Shown piece by piece: positions 17,712-27,423 of a DNA stretch of 64,000 nt (the stretch's first letter is position 1; every line of letters begins with the position of its first letter). Source of the stretch: Hyphomicrobium sp. (GTDB lineage Bacteria; Pseudomonadota; Alphaproteobacteria; Rhizobiales; Hyphomicrobiaceae). The stretch covers positions 636,577 through 700,576 of the forward strand of contig JAFWGI010000016.1 of assembly GCA_017512425.1 (NCBI GenBank). Direction: 5' to 3'. The position numbers were made by a program, and so were the translations under genes. The notes under the pieces are model-generated. The model saw only the letters and a list, made by a program, of their open reading frames with translations, made no database searches and was not told where the DNA came from.

Positions 17712-19157
17712 ATGAACGCGATCTTCCCTGTGATCCTGTCAGGTGGTTCGGGCACGCGGCTGTGGCCCCTCTCGCGCGCGATGTACCCGAAGCAATTCAT
17801 CCGTTTCTTCACCGGGCAGACGACGACATTTCTCGGCGCCGCGATGGCGCGCCTCAGCGCTGACGCCGGTTTCGCGCCGCCCGTTCTGTTGTGCAACAAC
17901 GATCACCGGTTTCTGGTGCGCGAGGAAATCGAGCGCGCCGGCATCAAGCCGCGCGCCATCATCCTCGAACCGGTCGGCCGCAACACGGCGCCTGCGATCG
18001 CCGTTGCGGCGCTCGCAGCGCTGCGCGAAAATCCCGGCGCCATTCTCGCCGTCATGCCATCCGATCATGTCGTCAAGGATGACGTCCGCTTTGTCGAAGG
18101 CGTCAAGCGCGCCGCCAAAGTTGCGGCGACCGGAAAGCTCGTGCTCTTCGGCATCAAGCCGACGGAGCCGCACACCGGATACGGCTACATCAAGCAAGGC
18201 AACCCCATCGAAGGCTTCAACGGCGGTGCTTTCGCCGTCGAAAAGTTTGCCGAAAAACCGGACAAATATACCGCCGAAACGTATCTCAAATCCGGCAACT
18301 ATCTTTGGAACAGCGGCATCTTCGTTCTCAATGCGCGGACATACCTCGAAGAACTCGCACGCCTTGAGCCAGCAATTCTTGAGGCCGCGCGCAACGCACT
18401 CGCCCGCGCCAACGATGACCTCGGTTTCCTGCGCCTCGACAAAACGAGCTTCGCGCAATCGCCGAACATCTCGATCGACTATGCCGTTATGGAGAAGACG
18501 CTGACGGCAGCGGTGCTACCGCTCGATGTCGGCTGGAACGACGTCGGCTCGTGGACGTCGCTGTGGGATATCGCTCCGCGCGACGACAAGGGCAACTACA
18601 TTCACGGCGAGGCCGTGCTCGAAGACACTACCGACTGCTACGTTCACTCGGAAAAATCGATTATTTCGACAATCGGCGTCCACGACCTCGTGATCGTCGA
18701 TACGCCCGATGCGCTGCTGGTCGCCGACAAGAGCCGCACACAGGACGTGTCGAAAATCGTTGCGCGCCTCAAGCAATCGAACCGCAAGGAGCAGGAACAA
18801 CACCTGCGCAACTATCGTCCTTGGGGCTATTTCGAAACCCTCAACATCGGGCCGCGTTTTCAAGTCAAGCTGCTGCACGTCAAGCCGGGCGGCAAGCTGT
18901 CCATGCAAATGCATCACCATCGCTCGGAGCACTGGATCGTTGTCCAGGGCACGGCCAAGATCGTGATCGGCGATATCGAGAAGCTCGTCCGCGAGAACGA
19001 GAGCGTCTACATTTTCGCGACGCAGTGGCACCGGCTGGAAAACCCCGGCAAGGTTCCTGTCGAAATCATCGAAGTGCAGATCGGCTCGTATCTCGGCGAG
19101 GACGACATCCTGCGGACCGACGATATCTATCACCGCACCGCTGAAGAAACGAAGTAG
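17712..19157 (+). CDS. manC: Mannose-1-phosphate guanylyltransferase / mannose-6-phosphate isomerase (bifunctional type II PMI-GMP)
   Basis: The N-terminus reads PVILSGGSGTRLWPLSR. The C-terminal cupin region has QMHHHRSEHWIVVQGTA. GAGGA lies upstream of the ATG at 17712. Confidence 0.93.
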   Translation: MNAIFPVILSGGSGTRLWPLSRAMYPKQFIRFFTGQTTTFLGAAMARLSADAGFAPPVLLCNNDHRFLVREEIERAGIKPRAIILEPVGRNTAPAIAVAALAALRENPGAILAVMPSDHVVKDDVRFVEGVKRAAKVAATGKLVLFGIKPTEPHTGYGYIKQGNPIEGFNGGAFAVEKFAEKPDKYTAETYLKSGNYLWNSGIFVLNARTYLEELARLEPAILEAARNALARANDDLGFLRLDKTSFAQSPNISIDYAVMEKTLTAAVLPLDVGWNDVGSWTSLWDIAPRDDKGNYIHGEAVLEDTTDCYVHSEKSIISTIGVHDLVIVDTPDALLVADKSRTQDVSKIVARLKQSNRKEQEQHLRNYRPWGYFETLNIGPRFQVKLLHVKPGGKLSMQMHHHRSEHWIVVQGTAKIVIGDIEKLVRENESVYIFATQWHRLENPGKVPVEIIEVQIGSYLGEDDILRTDDIYHRTAEETK

Positions 19158-19190
19158 GCCGGCGTCCTACCCTCGCCGCACAGCAAACGA

Positions 19191-19225
19191 AGCCCGGGCG
19201 ACGCCCTGGGCTTTTTTCATTTTTG
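19191..19225 (+). terminator. Rho-independent terminator after manC
   Basis: The hairpin AGCCCGGG / CCCTGGGCT is followed by TTTTTTCATTTTT. Confidence 0.75.
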
Positions 19226-19296
19226 CGCCTCTTACAGTCAGCCAAACGGCCGCTCTGCGCGTTAGATTGGCGCCGTCACATCAACAGAGGTGAGCC

Positions 19297-19782
19297 ATGT
19301 TTGAAATGTCCGCACCGTGGTGGGAGTTCGTCGTCCGCGGGATCGCCGTCTACGCGTTTCTGATCGCCGCCCTGCGCCTCACCGGCAAACGCCAGGTTGG
19401 CCAATTGGCGCCGTTCGATCTAATCCTGCTGCTGATCCTCAGCAACGCCGTGCAGAATTCCATGAATGCCGGCGATAATTCGCTGATCGGCGGCTTGATC
19501 AGCGCCGCAACGCTGGTGGCGATCAACTGGCTGGTGTCGTACGTGAGTTACCGGATACCGGCTTTTGAAGCCGCAATCGACGGCATACCGCTTGTTCTGA
19601 TCCGAGACGGCAAGACCGCAGAAAAAACACTCGAAGACGAACGGATTTCGCAAGCCGAGTTGATGACGGCATTGCGCGGCTCGGGCTGCTTCAAGATTTC
19701 CGACGTCAAACTGGCGATGCTTGAGACGAACGGCCGCGTGAGCGTCTGGACGAAAGACGATCAGCAAACCGCCTCGCGCTAA
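19297..19782 (+). CDS. DUF421/YetF-like membrane protein
   Basis: The region GKRQVGQLAPFDLILLLILSNAVQNSM is typical of the DUF421 family. Confidence 0.8.
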   Translation: MFEMSAPWWEFVVRGIAVYAFLIAALRLTGKRQVGQLAPFDLILLLILSNAVQNSMNAGDNSLIGGLISAATLVAINWLVSYVSYRIPAFEAAIDGIPLVLIRDGKTAEKTLEDERISQAELMTALRGSGCFKISDVKLAMLETNGRVSVWTKDDQQTASR

Positions 19783-20330
19783 AACAGCTGCGGCGCGTCT
19801 TTCAAGAGCGGCTGCACTTTGTCCTTGTCGGAGAGAAGCGCCGTCTCGGCATTGACCGGCCAGGCGACGGCAAGCGTTGGATCATCAAAACGAATGCCGC
19901 GATCGTCGGCGGGTGAGTAGTAGTCGGTCACCTTGTAGATGACTTCCGTATCCGGTTCGAGCGTGCAGTAACCGTGGGCGAAGCCTTTCGGGACCCAAAG
20001 CTGCGCCCAGTTGTCGGCGGAGAGCACCGCGGCGACGTGCTGACCAAAGGTTGGAGAATCTTTCCGGATATCGACCGCCACATCGACGATTGCGCCGCGC
20101 GTCACGCGTATCAGTTTGTCCTGCGCTTTCGGCGGCAGTTGAAAATGCAGCCCACGCAGCGTGTTCTTGGCTGCAGAAAACGCGTGATTGTCCTGCACGA
20201 AATGCACGTCGATACCGGCTGCCTGCAAAACGCTTTCATTCCACGTTTCAGAGAAGAAACCGCGCGCGTCGCCGAATTTCTTCGGCGTGATCAGCTTCAC
20301 GCCGGAGACCGAAAAGCTTTCGATGTTCAT
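19779..20330 (-). CDS. rmlC: dTDP-4-dehydrorhamnose 3,5-epimerase
   Basis: FGDARGFFSETWN...LRGLHFQ...KLIRVTRGAIVDVAVDIR...VPKGFAHGY matches the RmlC cupin signature. Its start overlaps the pssA stop (ATGA). Confidence 0.93.
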   Translation of the reverse strand: MNIESFSVSGVKLITPKKFGDARGFFSETWNESVLQAAGIDVHFVQDNHAFSAAKNTLRGLHFQLPPKAQDKLIRVTRGAIVDVAVDIRKDSPTFGQHVAAVLSADNWAQLWVPKGFAHGYCTLEPDTEVIYKVTDYYSPADDRGIRFDDPTLAVAWPVNAETALLSDKDKVQPLLKDAPQLF

Positions 20331-21283
20331 CGTTGCGGGTCACCTGGGCGCAGCGGGAAAATTCTGCCGGAAGACGTTGCCGGATCGCTTGAGCCGCTAG
20401 ATGGCGTCGCCGGCATGGGCGGTTGAACCGCCGGGTCCGATGCATTCGCCTCAGCGGCGCCCGTCGGAACTAGACCTCCCTGCTGCGCTTGCGACATTTC
20501 CTGAAAGCGCTTCCAGGCAACCGGAACCATGGCAAGGTAGCCGATCGAGAGCACTGTCAGCGTCTCATACGGATAGGTGACGAGCATCGCGACACCGCCG
20601 ATTGCGACGACGAACAGCGGCAAAACCCACTCGCGGCCGATGCGCTCGCCGAGCAGCTTGCCCGAGTAGGTAGGGATCGTCGACACCATCATGAAGGCGA
20701 TGAAGAGCGTATAGACCAGCACGACCTTGAGCGCCCACGGCTCTTTCAGGATCGTGAGGCCGAGGTGGTGCATGTAAACCGGCAGCAGCACGACGATAGC
20801 CGCGGCCGGTGTCGGCATGCCGGTGAAATAGTTCGATTGCCAGCGTGGTTTGTCGTCATCGATCGCGGCGTTGAAACGCGCAAGGCGCAAGGCGGATGCG
20901 AGCGCGAATATCATCACGCAAATCCATCCCGCACTCTTGAGATCGCCGAGGCCCCAATTGAAAATCAGGAACGCCGGCGCCACGCCGAAGTTGACGAAGT
21001 CGGCGAGGCTGTCGAGTTCGGCGCCGAAGCGCGACGACGCTTTCAACAGGCGCGCGATACGGCCGTCAATCCCGTCGAGGCAGGCCGCGAAGACGATCGC
21101 GGCGAGTGCCAGATCATAACGGCCTTCGATGCCCATGCGGATCGACGTCAACCCGGCGCACAAGCCGAGCAGCGTGAAGAAGTTCGGCACCATCAGGCGG
21201 ACAGGCACGCGCGAATGCCGGAACATCGGGCGGATACGCCGCCGCCGCGTTGCGACTTCCAATGGTGGGACTTCAGGGTCCAT
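20327..21283 (-). CDS. pssA: CDP-diacylglycerol--serine O-phosphatidyltransferase
   Basis: The CDP-alcohol phosphotransferase motif DGIDGRIARLLKASSRFGAELDSLAD is present. The protein is polytopic with a Pro/Ala-rich C-terminal tail. Confidence 0.9.
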   Translation of the reverse strand: MDPEVPPLEVATRRRRIRPMFRHSRVPVRLMVPNFFTLLGLCAGLTSIRMGIEGRYDLALAAIVFAACLDGIDGRIARLLKASSRFGAELDSLADFVNFGVAPAFLIFNWGLGDLKSAGWICVMIFALASALRLARFNAAIDDDKPRWQSNYFTGMPTPAAAIVVLLPVYMHHLGLTILKEPWALKVVLVYTLFIAFMMVSTIPTYSGKLLGERIGREWVLPLFVVAIGGVAMLVTYPYETLTVLSIGYLAMVPVAWKRFQEMSQAQQGGLVPTGAAEANASDPAVQPPMPATPSSGSSDPATSSGRIFPLRPGDPQR

Positions 21284-21301
21284 GATGACGCCCTTTCTTG
21301 A

Positions 21302-22015
21302 TCAATCGCGGCGCGATTCCCGCTCGGGTTCATCTGCCTTCAAATCTGCGACAACGGTTTCGCCGCCAATCATGCGCTGACCGACGCTGACGAGCGCGGT
21401 CTTGCCGGGCGGCAGATAGATATCGGTCCGCGAACCGAAGCGGATCAACCCGAACCTTTGACCAGTGCCGACGGTATCGCCCTCATGCGAAAACGTCACG
21501 ATACGGCGCGCGACGAGGCCGGCAATCTGCACGCAACCGATTTCGGTGCCGTCAGACTTTTGAATGACGATGGCGCGTCGCTCGTTTTCCTCACTCGCCT
21601 TATCAAGAGCGGCGTTGAGGAACGCGCCTGGAATATAGACCGACCGAATGATCCGGCCGGAGACCGGCGCGCGGTTGATGTGCACGTCGAAGACCGACAG
21701 GAATGTCGAGATGCGCACGCGCTCTTCCGGGCCGAAGCCCAATTCCGCAGGTGGCTTGACGAGATCGATACCGGAGACGCGGCCATCGGCTGCCGAGATC
21801 ACGAGGCCGTCCCGCAACGGCGTTACGCGCGCGGGATCGCGGAAGAAATACACGATCCAAGCCGTCACGCCCGCGAGCAGCCAGCCGACCGGCGGGTACA
21901 GCAGAAAGAACAGCAGCGTCGCCGCCGCACCGATCGCGATGAACTTGTGCCCGTCCGCGTGCACGGGCGCCAACTGCTCGAAGATCGTCTCTAGTATCCC
22001 GTGACGTTCAGACAC
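21302..22015 (-). CDS. psd: Phosphatidylserine decarboxylase proenzyme
   Basis: The self-cleavage motif region RFGSRTD (G-S) is near the C-terminus. It lies upstream of pssA on the same strand. Confidence 0.9.
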   Translation of the reverse strand: MSERHGILETIFEQLAPVHADGHKFIAIGAAATLLFFLLYPPVGWLLAGVTAWIVYFFRDPARVTPLRDGLVISAADGRVSGIDLVKPPAELGFGPEERVRISTFLSVFDVHINRAPVSGRIIRSVYIPGAFLNAALDKASEENERRAIVIQKSDGTEIGCVQIAGLVARRIVTFSHEGDTVGTGQRFGLIRFGSRTDIYLPPGKTALVSVGQRMIGGETVVADLKADEPERESRRD

Positions 22016-22070
22016 AAAACCCTCCGGTGTAAAACTTCAATGCGTTGCCGCAACCCCGTTCAAAGCGCTG

Positions 22071-23624
22071 CTATGGCAGTGGAACCGCAACGAAGCGCAA
22101 ATCGCCCTTGCCGTCTTCGACGCGCAAGAGAACGGCCTTGCGGCCAGATTGACGAACCTTATCGACGCTTTTGGCAAGATCGTCAGGCTTTGCAAGTGTA
22201 TCCTGTCCGGCCTCGACAAGAACGTCGCCTTCTTTGATGCCTTTCTGAGCAGCAGAACTTGAAACGTCCACATCCTGGACGATCAGACCGCTGATCTTGG
22301 TGTCGATGCCGTACTTCTTGCGCGCGTCGTCATCGAGGGCCGCAAGCGTCATGCCGAGGATCGACGCTGTCGTGATGACGGGTGTGTTTTTCTCGGGCTC
22401 TTTCTGATCGTCTTTGGCTGCGACCGGCGGCGCGTCGACATCCTCTTCGAGACGGCCGACAGCAACAGAAAGCGTTTTGCGCTTACCCTTGCGCAGTACG
22501 TCGACATCGACCGCGCGGCCGATCTCTGTCTGGGCGACCAGTTTCGGCAAGCCGCGCATGGTCGTCACGTCCTTGCCGTCGAACTTCAGAATAACGTCGC
22601 CGGATTCGAGACCGGCCTTCGCAGCCGGACTGTCTGGCGTCACGGCCGAGATCAGCGCACCGGTATTGGCCGGCACGCCGAGCGTCTCGGCGATGTCGTC
22701 CGTCACGGTTTGAATTTTGACGCCGAGCCACCCGCGCTGCGTGACGCCGAACTTCTTCAACTGACTGATGACGCTTGCGACCGTATCCGACGGCACAGCG
22801 AAGCCGATGCCGATCGAGCCGCCGGTCGGCGAGATGATCGCGGTGTTTACGCCGATCACTTCACCCTTCATGTTGAACAGCGGACCGCCAGAATTGCCCT
22901 TATTGATCGCTGCATCGGTCTGCAGATAGTCGTCATAAGGGCCAGAATTGATATCGCGGCTCTTGGCTGAAATGATGCCGACGCTGACCGATCCGCCGAG
23001 CCCAAACGGGTTGCCGATCGCGAGCACCCAATCGCCAACTTCGACTTCAGCCGATGATCCGAACTTGACCTCGACGAGCGGCTCCTTCGGCGTCACCTTC
23101 AGCAGCGCGAGATCGGCCTTGGTATCTTTGCCAAGCACCTTGTCGACCTTCAGCTTCGACCCGTCCGGGAAATTGATGAAGATTTCGTCGGCGCCGTCGA
23201 TGACGTGATTGTTGGTGACGACAAGCCCTTCCTTGCCGTCGATCACGAAGCCCGAGCCGAGCGACGAAATTTTGCGGTCCGAACGCGGCACGCCACCGCG
23301 CTTGTTGAAAAAGTCTTCAAAGAAATCTTCAAACGGCGAGCCTTGCGGCACCTTCGGCAACGGAACGCCCTGCGGACCTTTGACGGTCTGCGACGTGGCG
23401 ATATTGACGACCGCATTGCTCAGTCGCTTGGCGAGCGGCGCCACCGAGGGCGGCCCGATGGCAATCGTGCTTCCTGGCGGCGGTGTCGCGCTCGGCGCGG
23501 CGCCCGGTGCAGGAGGGCTTGGGTTCGGATCGAGCGCGAACGCCGTGCCAGCCAAAACGGGCCAAAGGACCAGCGCTGCAATAGCTGCCAGACCTTGTGT
23601 TCGACCGCCGGGCATCAAGCGCAT
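22071..23624 (-). CDS. degP: DegP/HtrA-family periplasmic serine protease with two PDZ domains
   Basis: The catalytic motifs TNNHVI, DLALLKV and GNSGGPLFN are present, and there are two PDZ-like regions. Confidence 0.93.
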   Translation of the reverse strand: MRLMPGGRTQGLAAIAALVLWPVLAGTAFALDPNPSPPAPGAAPSATPPPGSTIAIGPPSVAPLAKRLSNAVVNIATSQTVKGPQGVPLPKVPQGSPFEDFFEDFFNKRGGVPRSDRKISSLGSGFVIDGKEGLVVTNNHVIDGADEIFINFPDGSKLKVDKVLGKDTKADLALLKVTPKEPLVEVKFGSSAEVEVGDWVLAIGNPFGLGGSVSVGIISAKSRDINSGPYDDYLQTDAAINKGNSGGPLFNMKGEVIGVNTAIISPTGGSIGIGFAVPSDTVASVISQLKKFGVTQRGWLGVKIQTVTDDIAETLGVPANTGALISAVTPDSPAAKAGLESGDVILKFDGKDVTTMRGLPKLVAQTEIGRAVDVDVLRKGKRKTLSVAVGRLEEDVDAPPVAAKDDQKEPEKNTPVITTASILGMTLAALDDDARKKYGIDTKISGLIVQDVDVSSSAAQKGIKEGDVLVEAGQDTLAKPDDLAKSVDKVRQSGRKAVLLRVEDGKGDLRFVAVPLP

Positions 23625-23827
23625 GCAAGCAACTCCTAAATGGGCACCCGCCAGCTAAAACTGGCGGTTTTAATAAAGAACGCTAACGGCCGCGCATTCC
23701 GGCAGTCAACTTTGCCCATTGTAGCATGCAGCCAGATGGCGGGGATAAGTCGGTGCGATTTAAAGCCTGAAATAAAGTGCCGCGCCCTGGCGAAAGGGCG
23801 GACCGGCGAGAGCCGTTTTGGCGCGGA

Positions 23828-24013
23828 TTACCCCCGCGCGAGCCAGACAAGCACGCAGCCCGCCGCTACGACGGCCCAGGCGACCATGCGCAACTGCTGC
23901 TCGGGGAGATTTGCCATGTCGTAAATCATCCGCCGGGCGGTGTCTGGCAGGAGAGCCCACAACAGGCCCTCCAGCACCAAAGCGATCCCAAGCCCGGCGA
24001 TGAGATCCGTCAT
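23828..24013 (-). CDS. DUF2065 small membrane protein
   Basis: This is a 61-aa protein with two TM segments, in the conserved position between hflC and degP. Confidence 0.7.
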   Translation of the reverse strand: MTDLIAGLGIALVLEGLLWALLPDTARRMIYDMANLPEQQLRMVAWAVVAAGCVLVWLARG

Positions 24014-24900
24014 CGCGGCTGCGGCGGCGACGCGGCGCCACCGTTCGGGTTTTGGAAGTAGCGGAAGAAGTCGCTGTCGGGTGACAGCAGCATCCGCGTG
24101 TCGCCCGCTTTCATCGATGCTTCATAGGCCTGCATCGAACGATAGAACGAGAAGAATTCAGGATCACGTCCGAACGCTTCAGCGAAGATGGCGTTGCGGG
24201 CGCCTTCACCTTCACCGCGGATCGTATCCGATTTCCGCGTTGCCTCAGCCTTGATGATCGTCACTTCGCGATCGGCATTCGCGCGAATACGGTTGTTTTC
24301 TGCTTCGCCCTGGGCGCGCAGTTCGGTCGCTTCACGAACGCGGTCGGCCTTCATGCGATCGAAGACCTTGACGAGGTTTTCCTGCGGCAGGTCGGTGCGC
24401 TTGATGCGGACATCGACGACTTCGAGACCATAGTCGGCGCCCTCCTTGTTCACCTGCTTGGCGATTTCCTTCATCATGCTTTCGCGCTTGTCTTTGACGA
24501 TTTCCTGCAACGTCGTCGAACCAACCACGCGGCGGATTTCAGACTCGATGAGTGGGCCAACAACGCTGCGCACCCGCTCTTCGCTGCGGATATTCTGATA
24601 GAACTTCAGCGGATCGGTGATGCGATAGCGCGCGTAGGCGTCGACGATCATACGCTGCTGGTCGGCAGCGGTGACTTCCTGTTCAGTCGTGTCGAGATCA
24701 AGAATGCGCTTGTCGAGATATTCGACGGTATCAACGAACGGCATTTTCCACTTAAGGCCGGGCGTCGTGATCGGCGGCTGCGGCTCACCGAAACGCAGGA
24801 CAAGCACCTGCTCGTTCTGATGAACGATGAAGGCCGACGAATACAGCGCGAGCGCGCCAAGGCCCAAAAGGAATGCGATGAAGGCAAAAAAGGCGCGCAT
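24010..24900 (-). CDS. hflC: Protease modulator HflC (SPFH/band-7)
   Basis: It has a single N-terminal TM segment plus an SPFH domain, and sits directly downstream of hflK. Confidence 0.9.
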   Translation of the reverse strand: MRAFFAFIAFLLGLGALALYSSAFIVHQNEQVLVLRFGEPQPPITTPGLKWKMPFVDTVEYLDKRILDLDTTEQEVTAADQQRMIVDAYARYRITDPLKFYQNIRSEERVRSVVGPLIESEIRRVVGSTTLQEIVKDKRESMMKEIAKQVNKEGADYGLEVVDVRIKRTDLPQENLVKVFDRMKADRVREATELRAQGEAENNRIRANADREVTIIKAEATRKSDTIRGEGEGARNAIFAEAFGRDPEFFSFYRSMQAYEASMKAGDTRMLLSPDSDFFRYFQNPNGGAASPPQPR

Positions 24901-26075
24901 TATGGCTGCCCTCCGTCTGTCTTACGTTTCTGAAGTTGATCGAGCGGCAGGAACGGCACGACACCCTGGCCGCTGCCGCTCTTCTGATCCAGGATGATCT
25001 TATCGGCGCCCGAAAGCACGCGTTCCTGCATTTCAAGGAACAAACGCTGGCGCGTCACGTCGGGTGCTTTCTTGTATTCGTCGTAGACCTTAAGAAAACG
25101 AGACGCCTGGCCTGTCGCTTCCGCCACTGTTTGATCCTTGAAGCCTTCCGCTCCAGCAACGATACGGTCGGCTTCGCCCTTGGCGCGCGGGATGATTTGG
25201 TCGGCGTAGGTCTGCGCTTCCTTGACGAAACGCTCCTTGTCCTGGCCTGCCGCCGCGACGTCGCGAAACGCTGCGATAACCGGCGCCGGTGGATCGACTT
25301 CGCGTAATTGCACTTGGTCGATTTTGATGCCGGCTCGATAAGAATTGAGAATGTTCTGCATCAGGACTTGCGCATCCTGCTGCGCTTTTTGACGGCCGCC
25401 CGTAAGCAAAGGCTGCAGCGAGGACTGACCGACGACTTCGCGCATGGCGCTTTCCGCCACTTCACGCACCGTCGTTTCAGGCTGGGCGATGTTGAACAAA
25501 TACTGCTCGACGCCGGTCTGCTTGGTCACCGGATCGTTTTCCGGGCTGATACGCCAGAACACGACAAAGCGGACATCGACGACGCTGCCATCGCCCGTCA
25601 GCATCAGGCCGCTGTCGGGACCGCCGGTGCCGCGCGATCCGCTGCCGACTTCGATCGTGCGCTGCTGCGTGACCTTCGGCAGGCGGACTTCTTCGATCGG
25701 ATACGGCAAGCGCATGTGCAGGCCCGGGCCTTCCCAGCGCTCGAACTTGCCGAAGCGCAACACGATGCCCTGCTCGTCCGGGTTGACGCGGAAGAAGAAG
25801 CCGTAGAACGCGACCGCCGACAGCATCAGCATCGCCAGCAGGAAGATAAACGGCTTCGGCACGCCGTCCCCTATGCCGCTGCCCTGTCCACCGCCACCAC
25901 CGCCGCCGCGCATGACGCGCTTCACACGATCCTGACCGCGCCGGAGAATTTCATCGAGATCGGGCGGTTCCTTGCCGCCGCCGCCCTGACCGCCGCCACC
26001 CCACGGGCCTTGCCCCCACGGGCCGCCGCCGTTGCCGCCGCCTTTTTTGCCGCCGCCTTGATTACTCCAGGGCAT
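24900..26075 (-). CDS. hflK: Protease modulator HflK (SPFH/band-7)
   Basis: It has a Gly-rich N-terminus (GGGKKGGGNGGGPWG), a TM segment and an SPFH domain. Confidence 0.9.
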   Translation of the reverse strand: MPWSNQGGGKKGGGNGGGPWGQGPWGGGGQGGGGKEPPDLDEILRRGQDRVKRVMRGGGGGGGQGSGIGDGVPKPFIFLLAMLMLSAVAFYGFFFRVNPDEQGIVLRFGKFERWEGPGLHMRLPYPIEEVRLPKVTQQRTIEVGSGSRGTGGPDSGLMLTGDGSVVDVRFVVFWRISPENDPVTKQTGVEQYLFNIAQPETTVREVAESAMREVVGQSSLQPLLTGGRQKAQQDAQVLMQNILNSYRAGIKIDQVQLREVDPPAPVIAAFRDVAAAGQDKERFVKEAQTYADQIIPRAKGEADRIVAGAEGFKDQTVAEATGQASRFLKVYDEYKKAPDVTRQRLFLEMQERVLSGADKIILDQKSGSGQGVVPFLPLDQLQKRKTDGGQP

Positions 26076-26384
26076 CGCTTGTGCGCCTCATTGGTTCGAA
26101 GATTTCAGCTGGTACGGTCGGCCGAGCGCCCGCTACGAGGAGCGGCACCATCTCGATTATCGGATGCAAGATGGCCTTAGGTTGCACTAGCACACCGCAG
26201 AATACGATAGGCGATGCTTATAGGGCAGGGGTCAATCACGCGCAAATTCTTGTATCGCAGCTCTGGTCAGGGCCGAATATGGCCACGCATTAGATTGGGC
26301 TCAGCACGGCGACTTTCAAGCCACCCGCGTGTCATTACGGACGCTCATTTGCAGTCAGCCTTAACGATGTTTTCGCTGTACGTG

Positions 26385-26900
26385 TCAGCCGGGCGGCAGA
26401 ATGCGATCGTAGACGATAAGCGTCGACGCGAAATCGTCTCGCGGGCCTTGCGGAAGCGCCTCGCGCGACACTTCCCGCCACGTTTCCGCGTCAGGCGTTG
26501 CAAACGTCCGATCGCCGTCCGGCGACGCATGCACGCGCGTGAAATAGATGCGGTCCGCAACCGGCATCACAGCGTCGTAAATCGCAGCGCCGCCAATAAC
26601 CATGATCTCATCCGAGCCGCGTGTGCGGGCCAAGACCCGTCCAAGCGTCAGCGCATCCGAAACCGATGTGCAGGCAGACACGCCCGGCACTTCAAAATGC
26701 GGATCACGCGTGACGACGATGTTGTCACGGCCATCAAGCGGCTTGCCGATGCTGTCGTAGGTGCGCCGCCCCATGATCATCGGATTTCCCATCGTCAAAC
26801 GGCGGAATGTCTTCAGATCGGACGAAAGATGCCACGGCAATCCGCCATCGCGCCCGATGACACCGTTTTCCGCAACCGCAACGATGAGTGAAATGATCAT
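26385..26900 (-). CDS. folA: Dihydrofolate reductase
   Basis: MIISLIVAVAENGVIGRDGGLPWHLSSDLKTFRRLTMGNPMIMGRRTYDSIG is a canonical DHFR sequence. The ATG at 26900 is preferred over the track start at 26933. Confidence 0.93.
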   Translation of the reverse strand: MIISLIVAVAENGVIGRDGGLPWHLSSDLKTFRRLTMGNPMIMGRRTYDSIGKPLDGRDNIVVTRDPHFEVPGVSACTSVSDALTLGRVLARTRGSDEIMVIGGAAIYDAVMPVADRIYFTRVHASPDGDRTFATPDAETWREVSREALPQGPRDDFASTLIVYDRILPPG

Positions 26901-26940
26901 TCCAAATTCCCGCAGACCGCGAAGGGTTATCAAATCTGTC

Positions 26941-26970
26941 CGTCATCCCCGCGAAGGCGGGGATCCATCC
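26941..26970. repeat. Left inverted repeat (REP-like hairpin unit GTCATCC-CCGCGaaggCGGGG-ATCC)
   Basis: It is a perfect 30/30 inverse match to 27351..27380. Each copy is itself an internal hairpin. Confidence 0.9.
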
Positions 26971-27323
26971 AAGTCACATGGGTGCACTGGCTCTATAGCA
27001 AGCCGCTCCGCGTCTGCGGGGCCAAATGCAATCTCGCCTGTTGCCGCGTCAAATAGATTTTTCCATTCCGGATTCATCTCTTCCACGAGCCTAAGCTTCC
27101 AAGCGCGATTCCAATGCTTCAGTTGCTTCTCGCGTGCGATGGCCTGTTCCATCGTTGCGAACATTTCATAGAATACGAGGTTTTTGATCGCGTACTTCTT
27201 AGAAAATCCATGAACCAGTCCGTGGGTGTGCTGCTGCATGCGTTGAGCCAAGCTGCTCGTCACGCCAATGTAAAGCGTTCCACGACACTGGCTCGCGACG
27301 ATGTAGACGGTTGGCACTTTCAT
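26943..27323 (-). CDS. GIY-YIG nuclease-family protein (126 aa)
   Basis: VYIVASQCRGTLYIGVTSSLAQRMQQH...AREKQLKHWNRAWK matches the GIY-YIG/URI motif set. The last 8 codons plus the stop (DGSPPSRG*) are encoded by the left inverted repeat. The ATG at 27323 is preferred over the track start at 27473, which reads through the right repeat. Confidence 0.8.
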   Translation of the reverse strand: MKVPTVYIVASQCRGTLYIGVTSSLAQRMQQHTHGLVHGFSKKYAIKNLVFYEMFATMEQAIAREKQLKHWNRAWKLRLVEEMNPEWKNLFDAATGEIAFGPADAERLAIEPVHPCDLDGSPPSRG

Positions 27324-27350
27324 ATGCCATTCGGTACCACAATTAAGCCT

Positions 27351-27380
27351 GGATGGATCCCCGCCTTCGCGGGGATGACG
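27351..27380. repeat. Right inverted repeat of the GIY-YIG cassette
   Basis: GGATGGATCCCCGCCTTCGCGGGGATGACG is the exact reverse complement of 26941..26970. Confidence 0.9.
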
Positions 27381-27423
27381 CCATTTTCTTCGGCTCAGTT
27401 CCGAGCCGACCGGCGGCATGTCC

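Larger units (their letters stand above)
26941..27380 (-). mobile_element. GIY-YIG ORF cassette bounded by perfect 30-bp terminal inverted repeats (putative MITE/REP-associated insertion)
   Basis: 26941..26970 (CGTCATCCCCGCGAAGGCGGGGATCCATCC) is the exact reverse complement of 27351..27380. The only gene between the repeats is the GIY-YIG ORF. The cassette sits in the thyA-folA spacer. Confidence 0.6.
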
